A stretch of 64,000 nucleotides of DNA from Schmidtea polychroa (lineage: Eukaryota). Under the pieces are notes generated by a model. That model saw nothing but the letters and a program-made list of their open reading frames with translations. It was not told the DNA's origin and made no database searches. The position numbers were made by a program, and so were the translations under genes. Position 1 is the stretch's first letter; each line of letters opens with the position of its first letter. The stretch spans positions 2,234,001-2,298,000 of the forward strand of contig CM097885.1 in assembly GCA_044892525.1 (NCBI GenBank). Direction: 5' to 3'. This document shows positions 36,701 to 52,169 of the stretch, piece after piece.

Positions 36701-39700
36701 CCATACTTACAGAAAGAAGATGTATTAAAAAGACGATAAACAAAGATAGTCAATCAAACAGCAATTAAACTTCAATAAAGTCCTACAGTAAAACGGATAT
36801 CAAAATAAGGACATTGGAATAATGAATTTAACCCCAAAAAGATATTGAGAGACAATACAAAAAATATTTCTTCCTACCCAAAAAAAACATCTCAATTAAA
36901 AATAAAATAAAACACGAGCAAGAAGTATCACAAGAAAACTTACTCAAATATAACCGAAAGATATAAAACAACAAAAAACAAATTCGAATAAAGGCGATTA
37001 GAAAAAAAATTAAAAAAGAAAATTAAAGAAAATCTCTATAAAATCTTACGTAAAGAAAATTATATCAAAATTTTGAATAAAAATCCAGAACAATTCATAA
37101 AAATGGCGAAATCCATCATGACCGCCAAACGACCCAATAAAATTTATAAAAAATAAATATTTTAGTTTAAAATATGAAAATTTTAGAAAAGAAATCATAA
37201 AAAAACAATATAAAAATAGGAAATAGATTAAATTTAGCATGGAATGTTCTGGAAATGCCGAAATCCAACATGGAGGCAAATTTAATAAAAAATAATTCAA
37301 AAATAAAAACAAAAATTCTTACTGAAAAATCGCCATCAAAATCGATAAAAATTAAAAATCGAATGTTCGAGAATTAAAATAATTCGAATTTGTTTTACTG
37401 CATCAACGCACGCATGTATACTTACACGTCAAACAGAGGCTATATAAACTAACATATTTCGTCTTATGCCAAATTTTTGGTTTTGATTTTTCTGAGATTG
37501 TAGGTAAGGACGATTTCATTGTGAATTATAAATTATTATGATTGAAACCTTGTTTTCATTATTTCTTTTTAACTATAGAAATGTAGGTTTGAGTGAGATC
37601 GTCGGTTATCATTGATTTTTGAAGCGAGATCCAAGTCAACCCTTCACCTATGCACTTTATCATCGATGAGTACACAACCCACAATGATTGCAGGCCACTG
37701 CCTGGCACGCACTTATATTTATTATTGGTTTCTTTTTGTTGGGTCATCGGAGGTCGTCCACTTCATTGTTCTGCCATGGAGTTGAGTCGTTAAAACCCCT
37801 CTGTTATGACTCTAGCTATTTATTATAAGTCGACAGTAGAATGTCGACTCCATACAACATTAAGGCTTGTCGTAGCGGTCACAGTTAGGCCGTGTAAGCA
37901 AGCACTCTTCCCGACTTTCAATACATGAATAACTTACATAGTTAAAATCTACATCCAAAATCATCACAATACAATACACTAAGGTTAATAAACGGAGTAT
38001 ATCTCAGACCTTAACTAATCACAAGACTGCGATTCATGATTAATGTAGACGGTTATCCATAACCTAATAAGTAATGAACTTTACCTACACGTATGTCGAA
38101 CCTAGTCTTAAATAACCTATAAAATAATAATGTAATGGAAATATTTTTCCATATGATGGTATTAATGGTAATAGTATTCATAAAGGCATTCGACATACGT
38201 ATCGGCAAGACTTAACTTATAAGTTGAATAGGCCATTGAAATTACTATATGAAGTGTAAATCTGATTTCATAAAAATATAATTTATAAGTAGCACGAAAT
38301 TATAGATCATAAATTTAACTCCCTAAAAATATAAATCGTGAACCTATACTGATATAAATTACAACTCTAAAATAGTTATATATAAATTATAAACTCGTAC
38401 CGACTATAAAAGTATAGATTATAAATTTAAAATATGTATTGTAGGTTCATGTTGAATACAGAAGCATAAATTACAAATCTAAATGAGTTATAAAAATATA
38501 CATTATAATTTCGAATTATGAGTTTGCTTTCATAGAATATAAGTCATGATTAGTTGTAAAAGAATAAATTACAAATTTAATTTCATAAAATATAATTAGG
38601 AACTTACATCACCCCTAAATTGTAAATTATAACTTAGAACTATCTATAAAAACATAAATTATAAGTTTATAAGTTTATAAATTCCATTTGAAATTGATAA
38701 AACGATTTCAGTTATTCCAACTCCTGGTAGTTGTTTCGCGGATTTGAGTGTGTCGAGGATACTTAAATAATAAAATAAAAAATAATTATTAAAAGCGTAA
38801 AATGATTGGGGAGGGGGAAATGATGATAAATGAATGGGGTATTGTTCTGGAACTCAGTGAAATAAGAGTGGAAGAGAGATATTGAAAAATGAGAAGGGAA
38901 CAGAAGAAAATCAATAAAACCTACAATTGAATAAAAGGTCATTCTAAATTAGTAAGTACAAGCGCAAAAGAAGAAAAACGAAAAGCAAAAAAAAATTATC
39001 TTGTTATCTCGATAAAAGGATATGAGTAATCCGAGAGATGGGATCGTCGAAAATAAATTGTAAAGATGTAAAATAAATTGTTGAGAATCAAGAAACAATT
39101 GGAAGAAACTTGCATATTGAATTAATAAATTAGAAGTAGTTGAGAAACTCATATCAAGTTAAAGGCAATCAAATCAATTTTGCGAATCACCCGTTACTGG
39201 CAGTAGTCAAGTGGTTGTGTTCTTGGAGTATTATTATTGTTGTGCTATTCCTCCCGAATGGTTGTAATAAGCATTTGAAACATTTGAGATGTGTTAAAAA
39301 TTCGTATCGTCGAATTCGTTATACTCAATTATGATAACTAATAAAGTTTTACGTCGTTATTAAATAAGACTCTCGGAGTCACATCAGTAATTGGCAAATT
39401 ATAATATACCCAACAAATAAAGATAATAATGATTTATTTCCTAAATTGTGTTATTCAACATATTTGGTACTATTGAGTACGATGATCCATTTGAATTAAA
39501 GAATACAAAAAAAATACAAAAATATAAATTTCGAAAACATTTCAGTTAGATGAAATGAAAATGCCTTTATCCCTTTCTGTGGCTTCATGGATTTGAGGAA
39601 TTTAAATTATTTTTAATTAATTTAGAATAATTAATTTTTGAAATATTATAATCGATACCGACAGCCATATTGAAATGAATTCAATTATAATTGTAAAAGA

Positions 39701-39715
39701 ACCTTGGACGGCCTG

Positions 39716-40852
39716 ATGAAATTCAACATAACCTACAAGTTGCTAGTCGACCTCATCCTGATATGGACAATTTTCCTCATGAACGTCATATTCATCGGCA
39801 CTTTTTTTGTGCGAAATAAAGTCAAGAAAAACGACATTAATAAATCTTTCTGTTTTCTATCATTAATGCACCTTCCAAATGGACTGGTGATCTTGCCGTT
39901 GAAGTTAGTACAACAGATAATGGCGCTAAATAGAGACATGATAACTCCAGAGTACTGTCGTAACCTTTTGACCATGGCTTGGCTTGGAATTCAGTCCACA
40001 ACGATTGCAGTGACATTTTTCTGTTTATACCATCTCTATTTGACCAACTCATCGGTAAAGAATCTCTATTCAAACAAATTCTATCGTTACTTTTCATTTG
40101 GAATTCTGATGCTATGGGTGATCGGTTCAGCGCTGGTCACTTTCAATTTTACCTATTACTATTCAGAGATCAGATTTAATAACTGCGTGATCAGCAAATC
40201 TGCTACTGCGACAGGAATGCTTATTTTGATAGTATTTGTGGCGCCATATACTTTATGTTTGGTATGTTATATTAAAATCTTTCCAGTTATTAGTTGGCTA
40301 TCCGACATGACTTCTTTCTCTAGGATATCTAGCCTACAAAAGGAAAGCCATTCAACCTTAAATACCGATCGTGATAGTCAGGAAAAGTGTAAATGGAACC
40401 GAATCTTTGATTTTTCAAAGCGATCCAGTAAGTTATCGAATGAAGAAAAACTTAGTAAAGAACCATCTATTGGAACTAACAATGAGTTCAGTAGTTCCCA
40501 CAGTAGCAACACGAATTCCAACAGCATGAATAACAATGAGTTTAGCCAGGCAATGACTGATCCGATCCTAGAAAAGAAAATTACGAAACTGCTGCATATA
40601 GACATGGAAAAAGCAAACAAAAATACACATACACAATCATCAATTGTTGTTGGGTTTGTTTTCATTTCATACTTTGTTTTCTGGGCACCGTTTATAGCGA
40701 TTATCCTAGTGGAGATGATGTCGAGAAGGTTTATGGTGAGGTATATTAGTTGGACGATCCGGCTGGGATTTTGCAACTCGTTTGCATTACCGATAATGTT
40801 TGCATTTTATCTCAAATTGCATAAGCCGGGAACGAAAAGGGGTAAAGGCTAA
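39716..40852 (+). CDS. Intronless divergent rhodopsin-like (class A) GPCR
   Basis: Seven hydrophobic segments, TM1 Asn (LMN), TM3 Cys (EYC), TM4 Trp, ECL2 Cys, long Ser/Asn-rich ICL3, TM6 FWAPF, TM7 FCNS..LP. First in-frame ATG at 39716. Confidence 0.85.
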   Translation: MKFNITYKLLVDLILIWTIFLMNVIFIGTFFVRNKVKKNDINKSFCFLSLMHLPNGLVILPLKLVQQIMALNRDMITPEYCRNLLTMAWLGIQSTTIAVTFFCLYHLYLTNSSVKNLYSNKFYRYFSFGILMLWVIGSALVTFNFTYYYSEIRFNNCVISKSATATGMLILIVFVAPYTLCLVCYIKIFPVISWLSDMTSFSRISSLQKESHSTLNTDRDSQEKCKWNRIFDFSKRSSKLSNEEKLSKEPSIGTNNEFSSSHSSNTNSNSMNNNEFSQAMTDPILEKKITKLLHIDMEKANKNTHTQSSIVVGFVFISYFVFWAPFIAIILVEMMSRRFMVRYISWTIRLGFCNSFALPIMFAFYLKLHKPGTKRGKG

Positions 40853-41363
40853 CCGTTGGCACCTGCATTTCATTTTCCAACGTCTGCACTGTTGGAATTT
40901 TAATTGAATATACATCGCATTGACAGTATTTCGAATTTGTTTTATTGAATTTGAAAATTATATGTTTTATAAGTGGATGTGACATTTACCTCGTGATTTT
41001 AGTCTTAAGGGGTGACGACACAATACATGGGGATATTTTACCCAACCGCTGAACCTTTTACTGACAAAATCTGTTTCAAGGGACAGTCTTGTTTTATCAT
41101 CAAGCAAAGGTTAACGAAGTGGGTACTTCCGTGTTATCTTACCCCCAAAAGTTAAATTAAAAAAGAACACATAATTATTATATTTATTTTCTAAATCAAG
41201 TTACAAACTCAGCAAATGTTTAGAATTTGTAAATAGTCATCCAGGTGGCCAGAAAACCACAATGTCGTTGAGAATAGTGTCGAACACATCGGCACTGTTG
41301 CTTAGAACACGTTTGCGCCACATAAACTCACATAATCACATAAATCACAGATAGCCTTAATAC

Positions 41364-41660
41364 TTCTTGAGACCACTGATAATAATGTTCTGAGTCATGT
41401 TGGCTTTTCGCAATGATTATCTTCATGTTCGTGAACCCTACAATAATTCTTGTCCATTTCATTTCTTCATCGCAGAGACATTAAAATATAGTGTTAAAAT
41501 AAATCTTCTTTGATTAAAGACAATCCATATGAAGCATGTTTTGGTAGTCGATATGGTTGTCTTCAATAATTTGTTCAGTCCGATTGACCAGGAAATTGAT
41601 GCTGTCAATTATATTCGATGTGACTAGTCCGTTTAGAACGTTTTCAATAAATTGAGCCAT
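41364..41660 (-). pseudogene. Divergent Bcl-2-family pseudogene, copy 2 (exon 1)
   Basis: MAQFIENVLNGLVTSNIIDSINFLVNRTEQIIEDNHIDYQNMLHMDCL*SKKIYFNTIF*CLCDEEMKWTRIIVGFTNMKIIIAKSQHDSEHYYQWSQE|gtatta. Aligns to copy 1 and shares the intron donor position; two in-frame stops. Confidence 0.65.
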
Positions 41661-42294
41661 TTTTACAATAATTTTTAATATACTGTTCTATTTATACTAC
41701 TGTTTGTGTGTGTACAATATGATTCTGATTGGTTGATAGACTATAAATGTAAAACATAATAAATTTTATATGATACAACATGAATACTATATTTATATTG
41801 GTAATTAGTATAATGAGTGTGTACTCACACAATACAACAATAACGGCAGTCTTTTAATAAATCAATGTGTTTGTCCAAATACCACCAAGTTGATGGATAT
41901 TTTATATATTATTGACAAACTAAAATGGGCAAAGCATCCAGAAAAAGGAATATCCGAAAGATTTGAGAATTTAGAAAACAGGTATGACCTATCATTTAAA
42001 TATATACAAAATATTAAATTTAAATTGATTGATCATATTGATGATTTCAATAAAAAGAATATGAAAATTATTGATAAGAAACATGATCATTTGTTAAAAA
42101 AAGATTAATTTAATAATATTCGAAATTCGAACAATGAAAGAATCGATAGAAAATTTGAAAACCAATTCAACGTTACCAATTTCAAACAAGATGGCAGCAA
42201 ATATGAGGATATAAATATTTAGATTGCCATTGTTAATTCTAAATTATTTTATTGTTTAAAAAATGAATTGATTTAAATTACCTTTTGTTTGATA

Positions 42295-43305
<1,011 letters not shown>

Positions 43306-43499
43306 AAAACAATAAAATGATAATTTAAGCCTTTTGCTGCAAATAATGTATTTAATGAAAGAATTTTCGACTATATGATTATTATTATTATTGTAATTAT
43401 TATTATTATTTTTATAATTATAATTATTATTATTATAATTATTATTATTTTGTAGCTAAATATTATCGGATACTATAATATTTGCTTTACTAAAAAAAG

Positions 43500-43905
43500 A
43501 AGTCATTGTTCTAAAAAATAGATGATGAGTCGTGTGATAAGTCATTATCTTTGTTCTAAAAATAAATGATTCATTGTCTTTGTTTAAATGTCTTTGTTTA
43601 AAAAGGATGAGTCATCGTCTTTGTTTAAAAACGACGAGTCATCAGATCAGTGATCGGATCAATGATCGGATCAAAAATGTTACTAAAAATAGATCCAAAA
43701 TGTTACTAAAATAGTTGTCTTTGTCTTTGTTACTAAAAATAGAATGACCTGGACCTAGTTACTAAAATAGAATGACCTTGATCTAGTTACTAAAAATAGA
43801 ATGACCTTGATGAGGCATCGATGAGTCACGTGACCCTGATGAGTTATCTATGAGTCATCGCGGGAGGGGGTTTGTGATGAGTCATGGCGCACACTTCCCT
43901 CTACT
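43500..43905. mobile_element. Possible orphan Polinton-like terminus with a subterminal repeat array
   Basis: Modular GATGAGTCAT and GTTACTAAAAATAGAATGACC repeats end at ...CTTCCCTCTACT (reverse complement AGTAGAGGGAAG), the same CTACT end as the giant element. No partner end found. Confidence 0.35.
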
Positions 43906-44226
43906 CACTAATGTTTTGCCTGACTTGTCTAATTTGTCGTTTCGGTTTTGTCTCAATTCTTGTCTTTATTTTTTTCTCCATTGTGTCCACCAGTTTCTCT
44001 TTATATAACTTGTTTTATTGGTGGCACAGAGATAAACAATGTTTTCAATTTTTCTTTCTTCCGCATTTCCAGACTGTTCCCATTTTATTTCTGACAGATG
44101 TCGAGATATTTTTTCCTTTTGCCTTTTTTGTTAGACCGACTTCTCTCGGCAATTCCGATATCATTGACAAGCTGTCCATTTTCCTCTTGTCGGTTTTGAA
44201 ATTTGAAATTCCCTTTCCCTTTGTAC

Positions 44227-45774
44227 TGTTGGGCTGAAACCGAGAACTGAGAGTTTGTTTTAATCGATCGAAAATACCTAACACAAAAACCGCAAAGTTG
44301 AAAAAATTTATAACCAAGGTTTAATATAAAATAAATAAAATAAATTTCATCACACATTAAGAGTCAATAAACCCCGTATAATAGAATAAAGAGATAAATA
44401 AATTTAACACTTAAAAATTTCTATAGAAAAATAATAAAATGTAAATAGAATTAGTTGAAAATTATTTAAATAATATAAAAAAATAATCGTCAAAATAATA
44501 AAATTAGTTAGCATTATGTAAATTGTAAAATTTATAGAATTAAATGGTTATGTAACTTATTAAATTTAAAGATAAAAATGTTTAAATTAATAAAAATTAA
44601 TATAACTCAAATTATTTAAATTATAAAATTTATAAAATTAAAATTAATAAAAATTAAATAATTAATTAATTAAATTAATGAAATTAAAAACAGATAAATG
44701 ATTGCATACACTCATGTATGAAAAATTAAGTCAAAATTTCTCGCACTCTGATTGGATAGAGTGACAGCGCATGCATGAATGCGCATGCAAAATCAGTATA
44801 AATACTGATCACAAATTCATTTGGAAAACTTGTTTTTCAGCACCACAATGTAATTTGCAGACAGTAAAGCTCTCAGTTTTCGATTTTATGCCATCGTGGA
44901 TTTGGTAATTTATTTTTATTCTTATTGTAATTTTTACGAAGTGTTTTAATTAATAAATTTTATATGCAATTAATGTCTCAGTTAAATTTTCTTTTGTTGT
45001 CCTTTTTAATTGTTTAATTTCATTTAGTTTTATTAGGTTCAACTCTTACATTAGTTAATTTTGACTAGTAGTTATAGTGTAACTGGAATCCAGTAGGCCA
45101 CAGCATTAAGGGACACTAGTTGTTCCTATTGCGAGTAGGTCAGCTGGCTTTGCAGATTCACACGGATTGATCGGACCATAACGAGGAGGCTTCTCCCCTG
45201 GTCCGTCTCCGTAAGTATTTTCTAGTCGGAAATAGGTTAAGACTAAGAATACAGGCAGATCCCTGCTCAAATTTTTTGAAGTACAATTTAAATATTATGG
45301 GAAGCGTGGATTAACTTGGAAATAAGGGCCAATCCCTGCTCAAAATTTTTGCGAGATAGGTTAAATATTCATAAATATCAAGGAAAATACCTAGCAACAT
45401 TTATTAATAAAAAATTAAGCGCGCATCCCTGCACAAAACTTTGAAAGGAAACAATAGAAAACATCTAGAAATGAGGACCATAGCCGAATGAGATAGAAAA
45501 GTAGAAATATAAAATGATCGATGACGTAAGACCTTCTATCGGCCGTCTAGAACCCGAAGAGAAAATACAATGGGGAGTAGTTTTAGCAATAGAGCTCACC
45601 TGCTCATTGTTTTTTTCGCCTTTGTGTACAGTACCAACATGGTCGTCGCCATGGGTACACAAATGGTTTAAAGTACAATAGTCATGGAGGTGCTTAGGAA
45701 AGAGTCGAGGGAATACCTATGATTACCCCTAACGTATTTAAAATTTAAAATGACATACCCCTAAGTAACCAGCA
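44227..45774 (+). mobile_element. Solo LTR (~1.55 kb), same family as 15107-16650
   Basis: TGTTGGG...CCAGCA with 4-bp TSD GTAC (44223-44226 and 45775-45778). Confidence 0.9.
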
Positions 45775-48769
45775 GTACTAATTTATAAGTACTGATATTT
45801 TTTTCAAATGGGAAAAATATACAAAGAAAATTTTATCTTAAAATCCCTTTCAGAAAATCCCCTAATAAATATAAACTATTATAATTACTTTATTAATATT
45901 ATTTATTATTTATAATCATTAAAAAGCAAATAATTACGCTCCCCGTCATGATGGATGATAACAGTTGGGTATGAGTTACCGATTTTATCGCGTTTATAAT
46001 GTTTTTTATTCAATAATTTTTATATTCTCGGTTTTTTCCGCTTTTATTTATATTTTCTATTATTTTATTTCTCTTCCAATTTATTTATTTCTCGCAACTT
46101 TTTCCTATTTTTCTCTTATGATTTAAATTCTTCACATTTTCCTTGTTGTTTCTTCGTTTTATTAAATCAACAATTAAATCAACAAATAATTTGATTGGGA
46201 TATCTGAATAAATTGGAAGCTTGATAATTAATTGTTACTTTTTATGATTATTAGTGAACAATAAATTTTTATTCTTCTAGCTTCTGCGCAGCATAGTCAT
46301 TGGCCTCTTGTTTTTGGCCGTCCAGAATTTCAGTTGGCTGACAAGTAGAGAGTAGTGTTGCCACCAAGCTCACCTGCCTGCTCACATCCAGTCACTATAT
46401 ACAATACCAATAAGGCCCACCGCCATGGGTTATCAGGGAGTTAGTGTCAATATCCTTGTGGTCATCTGACAATAGGACACTTTTACTTTATCCCTAGGCG
46501 TTGCTGCAATCTGGTCTTCAGGACTACTGAACAATTTGAGGGGCACATATTTGTCAAAAATTAGTTTTCGTAAATAATTTCTATCGACTGATTTAATTTG
46601 ATTAATTGACTCGTCTGGCAAAGGCGTGTGGACCGATTCTGGTGCTTATTAATTATAGCTTTGTGGATTTTTAGATAAGTATCTTACCTTATAAATGACA
46701 TTTGGGCACAGTTCATCTACTACTGCCCCGTGGACGTAGCCAACGAAACACGAACACTCGACCTGAACTTGTGGCTGCTATTTATGAGGGATATCCAATT
46801 TAACCAAATCAAAAGGAACAATCTATTCAAAAATACATGTATTCATAAAATATTCTTTGCCATAGTGAGCCGTTACACGGCCTTAACAAGATCTATATAA
46901 ATATTATACTATATAATATAATATTATATTATATATAAATGGGCGGTCATTAGCGAATAAGGATCAATCAGAACACAATTATGGCCAATCAAATATCTCC
47001 TATAATTGCACATTAGCTGGAATATCGCAGTCTACTCTATCTCATTCCAAGAGTCAATCAAAATTCATGCAATCAGCTAATACTTCTACTTAGCAATCAG
47101 GCTCTATTAATCAATCTCAGACGAGTAAAGCAAATTCGATGCCATGTTATTATTATCAAGAGTAACTGTATTCGGCCCCGAATAGTTTTAGTGTTGACTC
47201 TCATAGACCAACATCTTCATCCATTATAATTCGCGAAATATGTAACAAATCCTAACAATAATATGAACCCGAATAAATTTGTTATCCAACCACTACACAA
47301 ATCACTTATGATCCAAGAAATAACTAACAAATAATTTGATTGGGATATCTGAATAAATTGGAAGCTTGATAATTAATTGTTACTTTTTATGATTAGTAGT
47401 GAACAATTAAATACATTTTATTGATTAATCAAAGAATACCGTGTTTTTGAGTTATAATAAATAAATTATATTTATTTATGGATATTAAAAAAATCATGTT
47501 GTTTTACTTTTTTAAGTAAATACTATTTTTTGAATGTATTCTCTTGGAGTTAAAATTTAAAAGTGTAAATTATTTAAGAAAATTGTAATTTAAAGAAAAC
47601 AATAAAATGTTTCCTCGTTTGTTTTGCGATCCCATTAATATTTGTGATTTCGTGACTTCATCATCTAATTCTATAAAAGCAAGGAAACCAGAATTGCTTA
47701 GGATAAACACAACACTTGCTAATGATTTCTCAAAATTGTTCAGTTGAAACTATGAGCATAAATTATTTTTAATTAATCTTGGCCATTACCGATAAAAATG
47801 TTTATATTTTTACTTTTTATTTTTAATTTATTTTAAATTTCGAAATATTTTTTCTTATTAAGAAATATTTTCAATTAAATTTCTCAATAATTTATACGCT
47901 GTTTTCAAATTTTGATTTAAATAATTTTATAAAATTTTAAAAATTATTAATTTTATTTTTTTACAAAAATGTTTTGAAATTAAGTTACAAATAAATAAAA
48001 AAAACACAGAAAAATTAACATTAATCTTAAAACCAATATTTATAAAATATTTGTTTATCTACATCAAAAACCAAATTTTAAATATTTGTATCATTGAAAT
48101 ATCCAATTATCCGATCGTGGATCATTCCCATTATATTTATAACCATAACGAGATCATTAGGTCAAAGCCCAAAGCCTCACAATTGCTGAATAATACATTA
48201 ATAACACATTTAGCGTTACCCAGTAAAATTTTATTCAAATCTTTTTTTCTTAAAAAATTGATTGAAAATTTTTGTTATTTTGTTAAAAAGTATTTGAAAT
48301 AACAATATTGACTTTTTGTTGAATTTCTATTTTTGCTCTGATGATTTTGAATTCCTTTCTAATCGGTTCAAATAAATTCTAATGTCAGATAAAATTTTTT
48401 AAATTAATATTTTTTAATTTTAATAATTTATGTAAAATATTTATTTTTATCTTTTGATCTATTTTTAATTTGGATTTATTTAACTTTCCATTAAAATTTT
48501 ACTTTTTGTTATCAAATTATAATTTAAATAATTTTGTAAGATTTAAAATAAATGAGAAAAACGCTGAAAATTAACATTAATAATATTTCGAATTGCGCTC
48601 AAAGCTAAAATACAATATTTATAAATTGTTTGTTTATCTAGATTAAAATACAAATTATAAATATTGAAATTGTAAACGTCAGAGGAAATAATTAATATAA
48701 TAAGTATGATTTATGATTTATGTTGTAAAATGTTGAAATATTTTGATAATTTTGTTAATTTTAGATAAA

Positions 48770-49922
48770 ATGTTTGCAAGCGTATGGGAAATGATGAAGA
48801 GAAATAAATTTGAATTTGATAATGAAATCAGCAGTGAATTGATATGCAGAATTTGCAAATGTTTAATGATAAAGGCTTGCAATGCTCCTTGCGGTTGCCG
48901 CTTTTGTTCTGATTGCATTGAGCATTATTTGGATGGAAACGATAAATTCTGTCCAGGAGCAGCAAAACATTGCGGAAAGAAAATGATAAATTTTGCAAAT
49001 GATATTGTAGTAGACATTAATGCTAACAGTCGGATTTCAGAAGTGATAGTGAAATGCCCTATGCAAAATTGTCAATTCAAAGATGAATTAGAGGTGATGG
49101 AGAGCCACATGAGAACATGCAACAAGCAGCCAATTAGATGCCCAATCAATAGAATTGGATGTGAAATAAATGAGGTGGAGAAGGACGAAATGAAAGTCCA
49201 TCTCAATGAGAACAATGAATGCCATAGCAAATTATTGATTGATCATATCAGTAATTTATACAATGAGATGCAAGCATTGAGAGATGAGAATGTCAAATTG
49301 CGTGAGGAAATTATCAATATCAATGTACAATTTTATTTGTAATTAATTTAATTGATATTTGTGATTGTAGGTGAAATTGTGCAATATTGAAAGGAAACAG
49401 ACGGAGAACAGAGGGGAAATAGAAGACTCGAATGAGGAAATGGTGGTAGTGAAGATATTGGAGATGGAGACAAATATTGAATCAATCAATCAAGTTTTAA
49501 TAAATTACGGATTTTGTGAATGGCAAATTGATAAATATTCACAACGAAAAAGATTTGAATATATTTACAGCAAGCCATTTTATTCTGGTCCAACCGGTTA
49601 CAAAATGTGTTTGGGGCTGATGATTGGGGGTAATGGGGATGCAATATGGGTTGGTTTCTGTTTAATGCGTGGGGAAAATGATGAGCAATTGGATTGGCCG
49701 TTCAAACAAACGGTGAAAATCGATGTTATCGATCAGACAAATGACAACATTTATAAGAGTCAGACAATAAAATTTTTAGAATGCCCTGATCATGTCGGAT
49801 GGAGGAAACCGTCAAAGTACAGAAATAATACAATTCGCATTTATTATGGTGATGACTCATTCAATGAATTTGCATCCAGAAATAATAAATTGCTGCTCAG
49901 GTGCAAAATTGAAAATTTATGA
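48770..49922 (+). CDS. TRAF-like protein (RING, TRAF zinc finger, coiled coil, MATH); exons 48770-49324 and 49371-49922
   Basis: CRICKC..APCGCRFCSDC RING-like; VKCPMQNC..HMRTC zinc finger; YSKPFYSGPTGYKMCL and MRGENDEQLDWPF MATH motifs. 46-nt GT-AG intron in phase. Confidence 0.9.
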
Positions 49923-50399
49923 GAAATTTAAAAAAAACATATCAATAAAAATTTAATTTATTTTGGATTTTGATCTGTTTTATTATTTGTCTTGGTCGAT
50001 CAATTTGTCTGGATCAGTTATTGATACATTTGTCCAATTATAAACTGATTGCAACATTATTGATGCTGTGGATCAGCTGTAACCGCATTTAATGTTGATT
50101 GGATCAAATTGGATAAGCATTAAATGAGCATTGTGCAGATCCAGTTATTGATCTGTTTTGAATCAATTTTTATTGTTGCTTTGAATTGTTGTTTTGAATT
50201 GAAATATTTTGAAATATTTACTTTTTTATTTTATATATTCAAAATATTTATTTTCTATTTGGAAACATTTTAAATTTTTATTTTCTTTCCAATAAGTGAA
50301 ATTTTTGCATTTTAATTTCCCCTCAATTGTTACGCTACTTCGTTTACAAATTCAGATTTCAATTGGTATTTTATATTTCTCATTCAATTTCCCTCAAAT

Positions 50400-50600
50400 A
50401 TCAATAATATCGGAATTGCCGCCAGAAATAAATGAGAAAATCAATGAAAATTAGCATTATATTGATATGAAATTGAATTATTTATTGAACAGCTGCCATT
50501 ATGAGCATGCAACACACATCGTCAGGGCATCTCACAATTGCTGTCATTATCTGATCTATTATATCAATGCGGATCAGATATTATGGCAGCCATGTTAGAT
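50400..50600 (+). pseudogene. Possible F-box gene remnant
   Basis: IISELPPEINEKI resembles the F-box LPxEIxxKI start, followed by stops. Weak. Confidence 0.3.
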
Positions 50601-51759
50601 TTCTATCAGATCATTTATTGAAATTTATTATAATAATTTTGCAACTGAGCATTTCTTATAATTGAAGGTGAAAATGCGTTTGATAGAATCCCTTGAAGGC
50701 CAGCCAAATTATGATATTGATTATCATTACCGATAATAACAATTCCATATTTATAATAATATTGCTAGGTTCAAGGCAAATTTACGCCTTTAGGAGTTCC
50801 TTGAAATCTCCATCACATTCCCAACAATAATATCCATAGAAACATTGAACATTTCAACATCAAAGCGTTCTGTAGAGTCACAAAGTCTCTCATTTTCACT
50901 GAGTTTATCAAATATTTGAACGCTTTCATTTTACATTTCTTCATGTTTGTCTATTGTTCAAAATAAATGTTTTATTTAAATGTGTTTTTATGAAAAGAAT
51001 TTTAAATAATTTTATATTAAAATGAAATCTCAATAAAGCAAAGCGAAAGCTCCTGCCTAACTGAATCTGTAATATATTAGTAGGAATATGGCCAATCGCA
51101 TATTTGGCTTTACATATTTTTATATTTATTCAATTTTATTTTTATATTAATATTTATTTATTTATATTTATTTATTTTTATATTTATTCAATTTTTTTAA
51201 TAAATATTTGCTTATTCTTATAAACGTAATACGAAATAAATACAATTTGGCAGCATTTATGTAGCAATAATAAAATATTTATTTTACACCATTTCCAAAT
51301 TAGATCTGTTATAAGCGGAAAAATTCATTTGACAGTCAATTTCTCATTTTACATTTCTTAATGTTTTTCTATTTTCTATTTCAATAATTTGTTTACTTGA
51401 AATCTCAATAAAATGACATTTCAAAGCTCATGGGATATTTGACTGTTTTCGAGACATTTTTGTGAAATTTCTTTGAATTTTTATCTGTGCATATCAATGT
51501 GAATGGTGATGTCAATGTGAAGCAATAATTGACCTGTGAAATTTGGTTTGAGAGCCATTTTACATAAATTCTTTCGAGATCAACTACCATGTTTTTCCTA
51601 TTATTAGCGGCTGTTAATATTATTTTTCGGCGAAAAAAGTGGAGCACCTCTTTTATTTTTTTTACCGATTTGTTGAGTTTTATGATACAAAAAAGTCGAG
51701 CGTTAGTTACACTGACTCCACGTGTCGCAAAATTGACAAACACAAACTCCCAACGTATA

Positions 51760-52113
51760 TTTGTTTTAAAATAAATTTAGAATTCTCAATAAATAATTAC
51801 AACCTTTAGTTAACCACGATTTTGCTCACAATTTCCGCTCGAACCTCGCCCTGGAGAGTCTCGACCTTTTGCGATTTAAAAATAAGTTTCACCTTTTATT
51901 TGATTCCGCTCTCTGATCCGAACTCCTTTAATAATAATAAAAGGCGCTGACTTTTTCCATCCAAACGAAGTGCAAGAATACAGGTAACCCTCTGACTTTC
52001 ATAACCTGTTGAAGGAATATAGAATGATGATGTCCCACGAATGTTTACTGTTGTTTGCGAATCTTGTCCCATAAATGCAGCTGTCTCATCCATTGCAAAC
52101 ATATACGACAATT
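51760..52113 (-). mobile_element. pogo-family DDE transposase fragment
   Basis: FAMDETA...TTV..RG....STGYESQRVTCILAL..DG matches the pogo DET..TG.EK.R.T..L....DG motif. Confidence 0.75.
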
Positions 52114-52169
52114 GCTATTCCTGAAAATCAATATTATCAACAAATATATTACACATTATTAGTAGGTAG

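Noticed and set aside
36295..36730. Penelope-like RT thumb/linker fragments in the right flank
   Set aside because: Weak motifs on opposite strands; no GIY-YIG or RT core seen.
37499..38089. TGTAGGTAA...TTACCTACA solo-LTR candidate
   Set aside because: 9-bp inverted ends but no TSD and no second copy in the window.
43835..43860. Hammerhead ribozyme core (CTGATGAG)
   Set aside because: No matching GAAA or stems; it is part of the GATGAGTCA repeat array.
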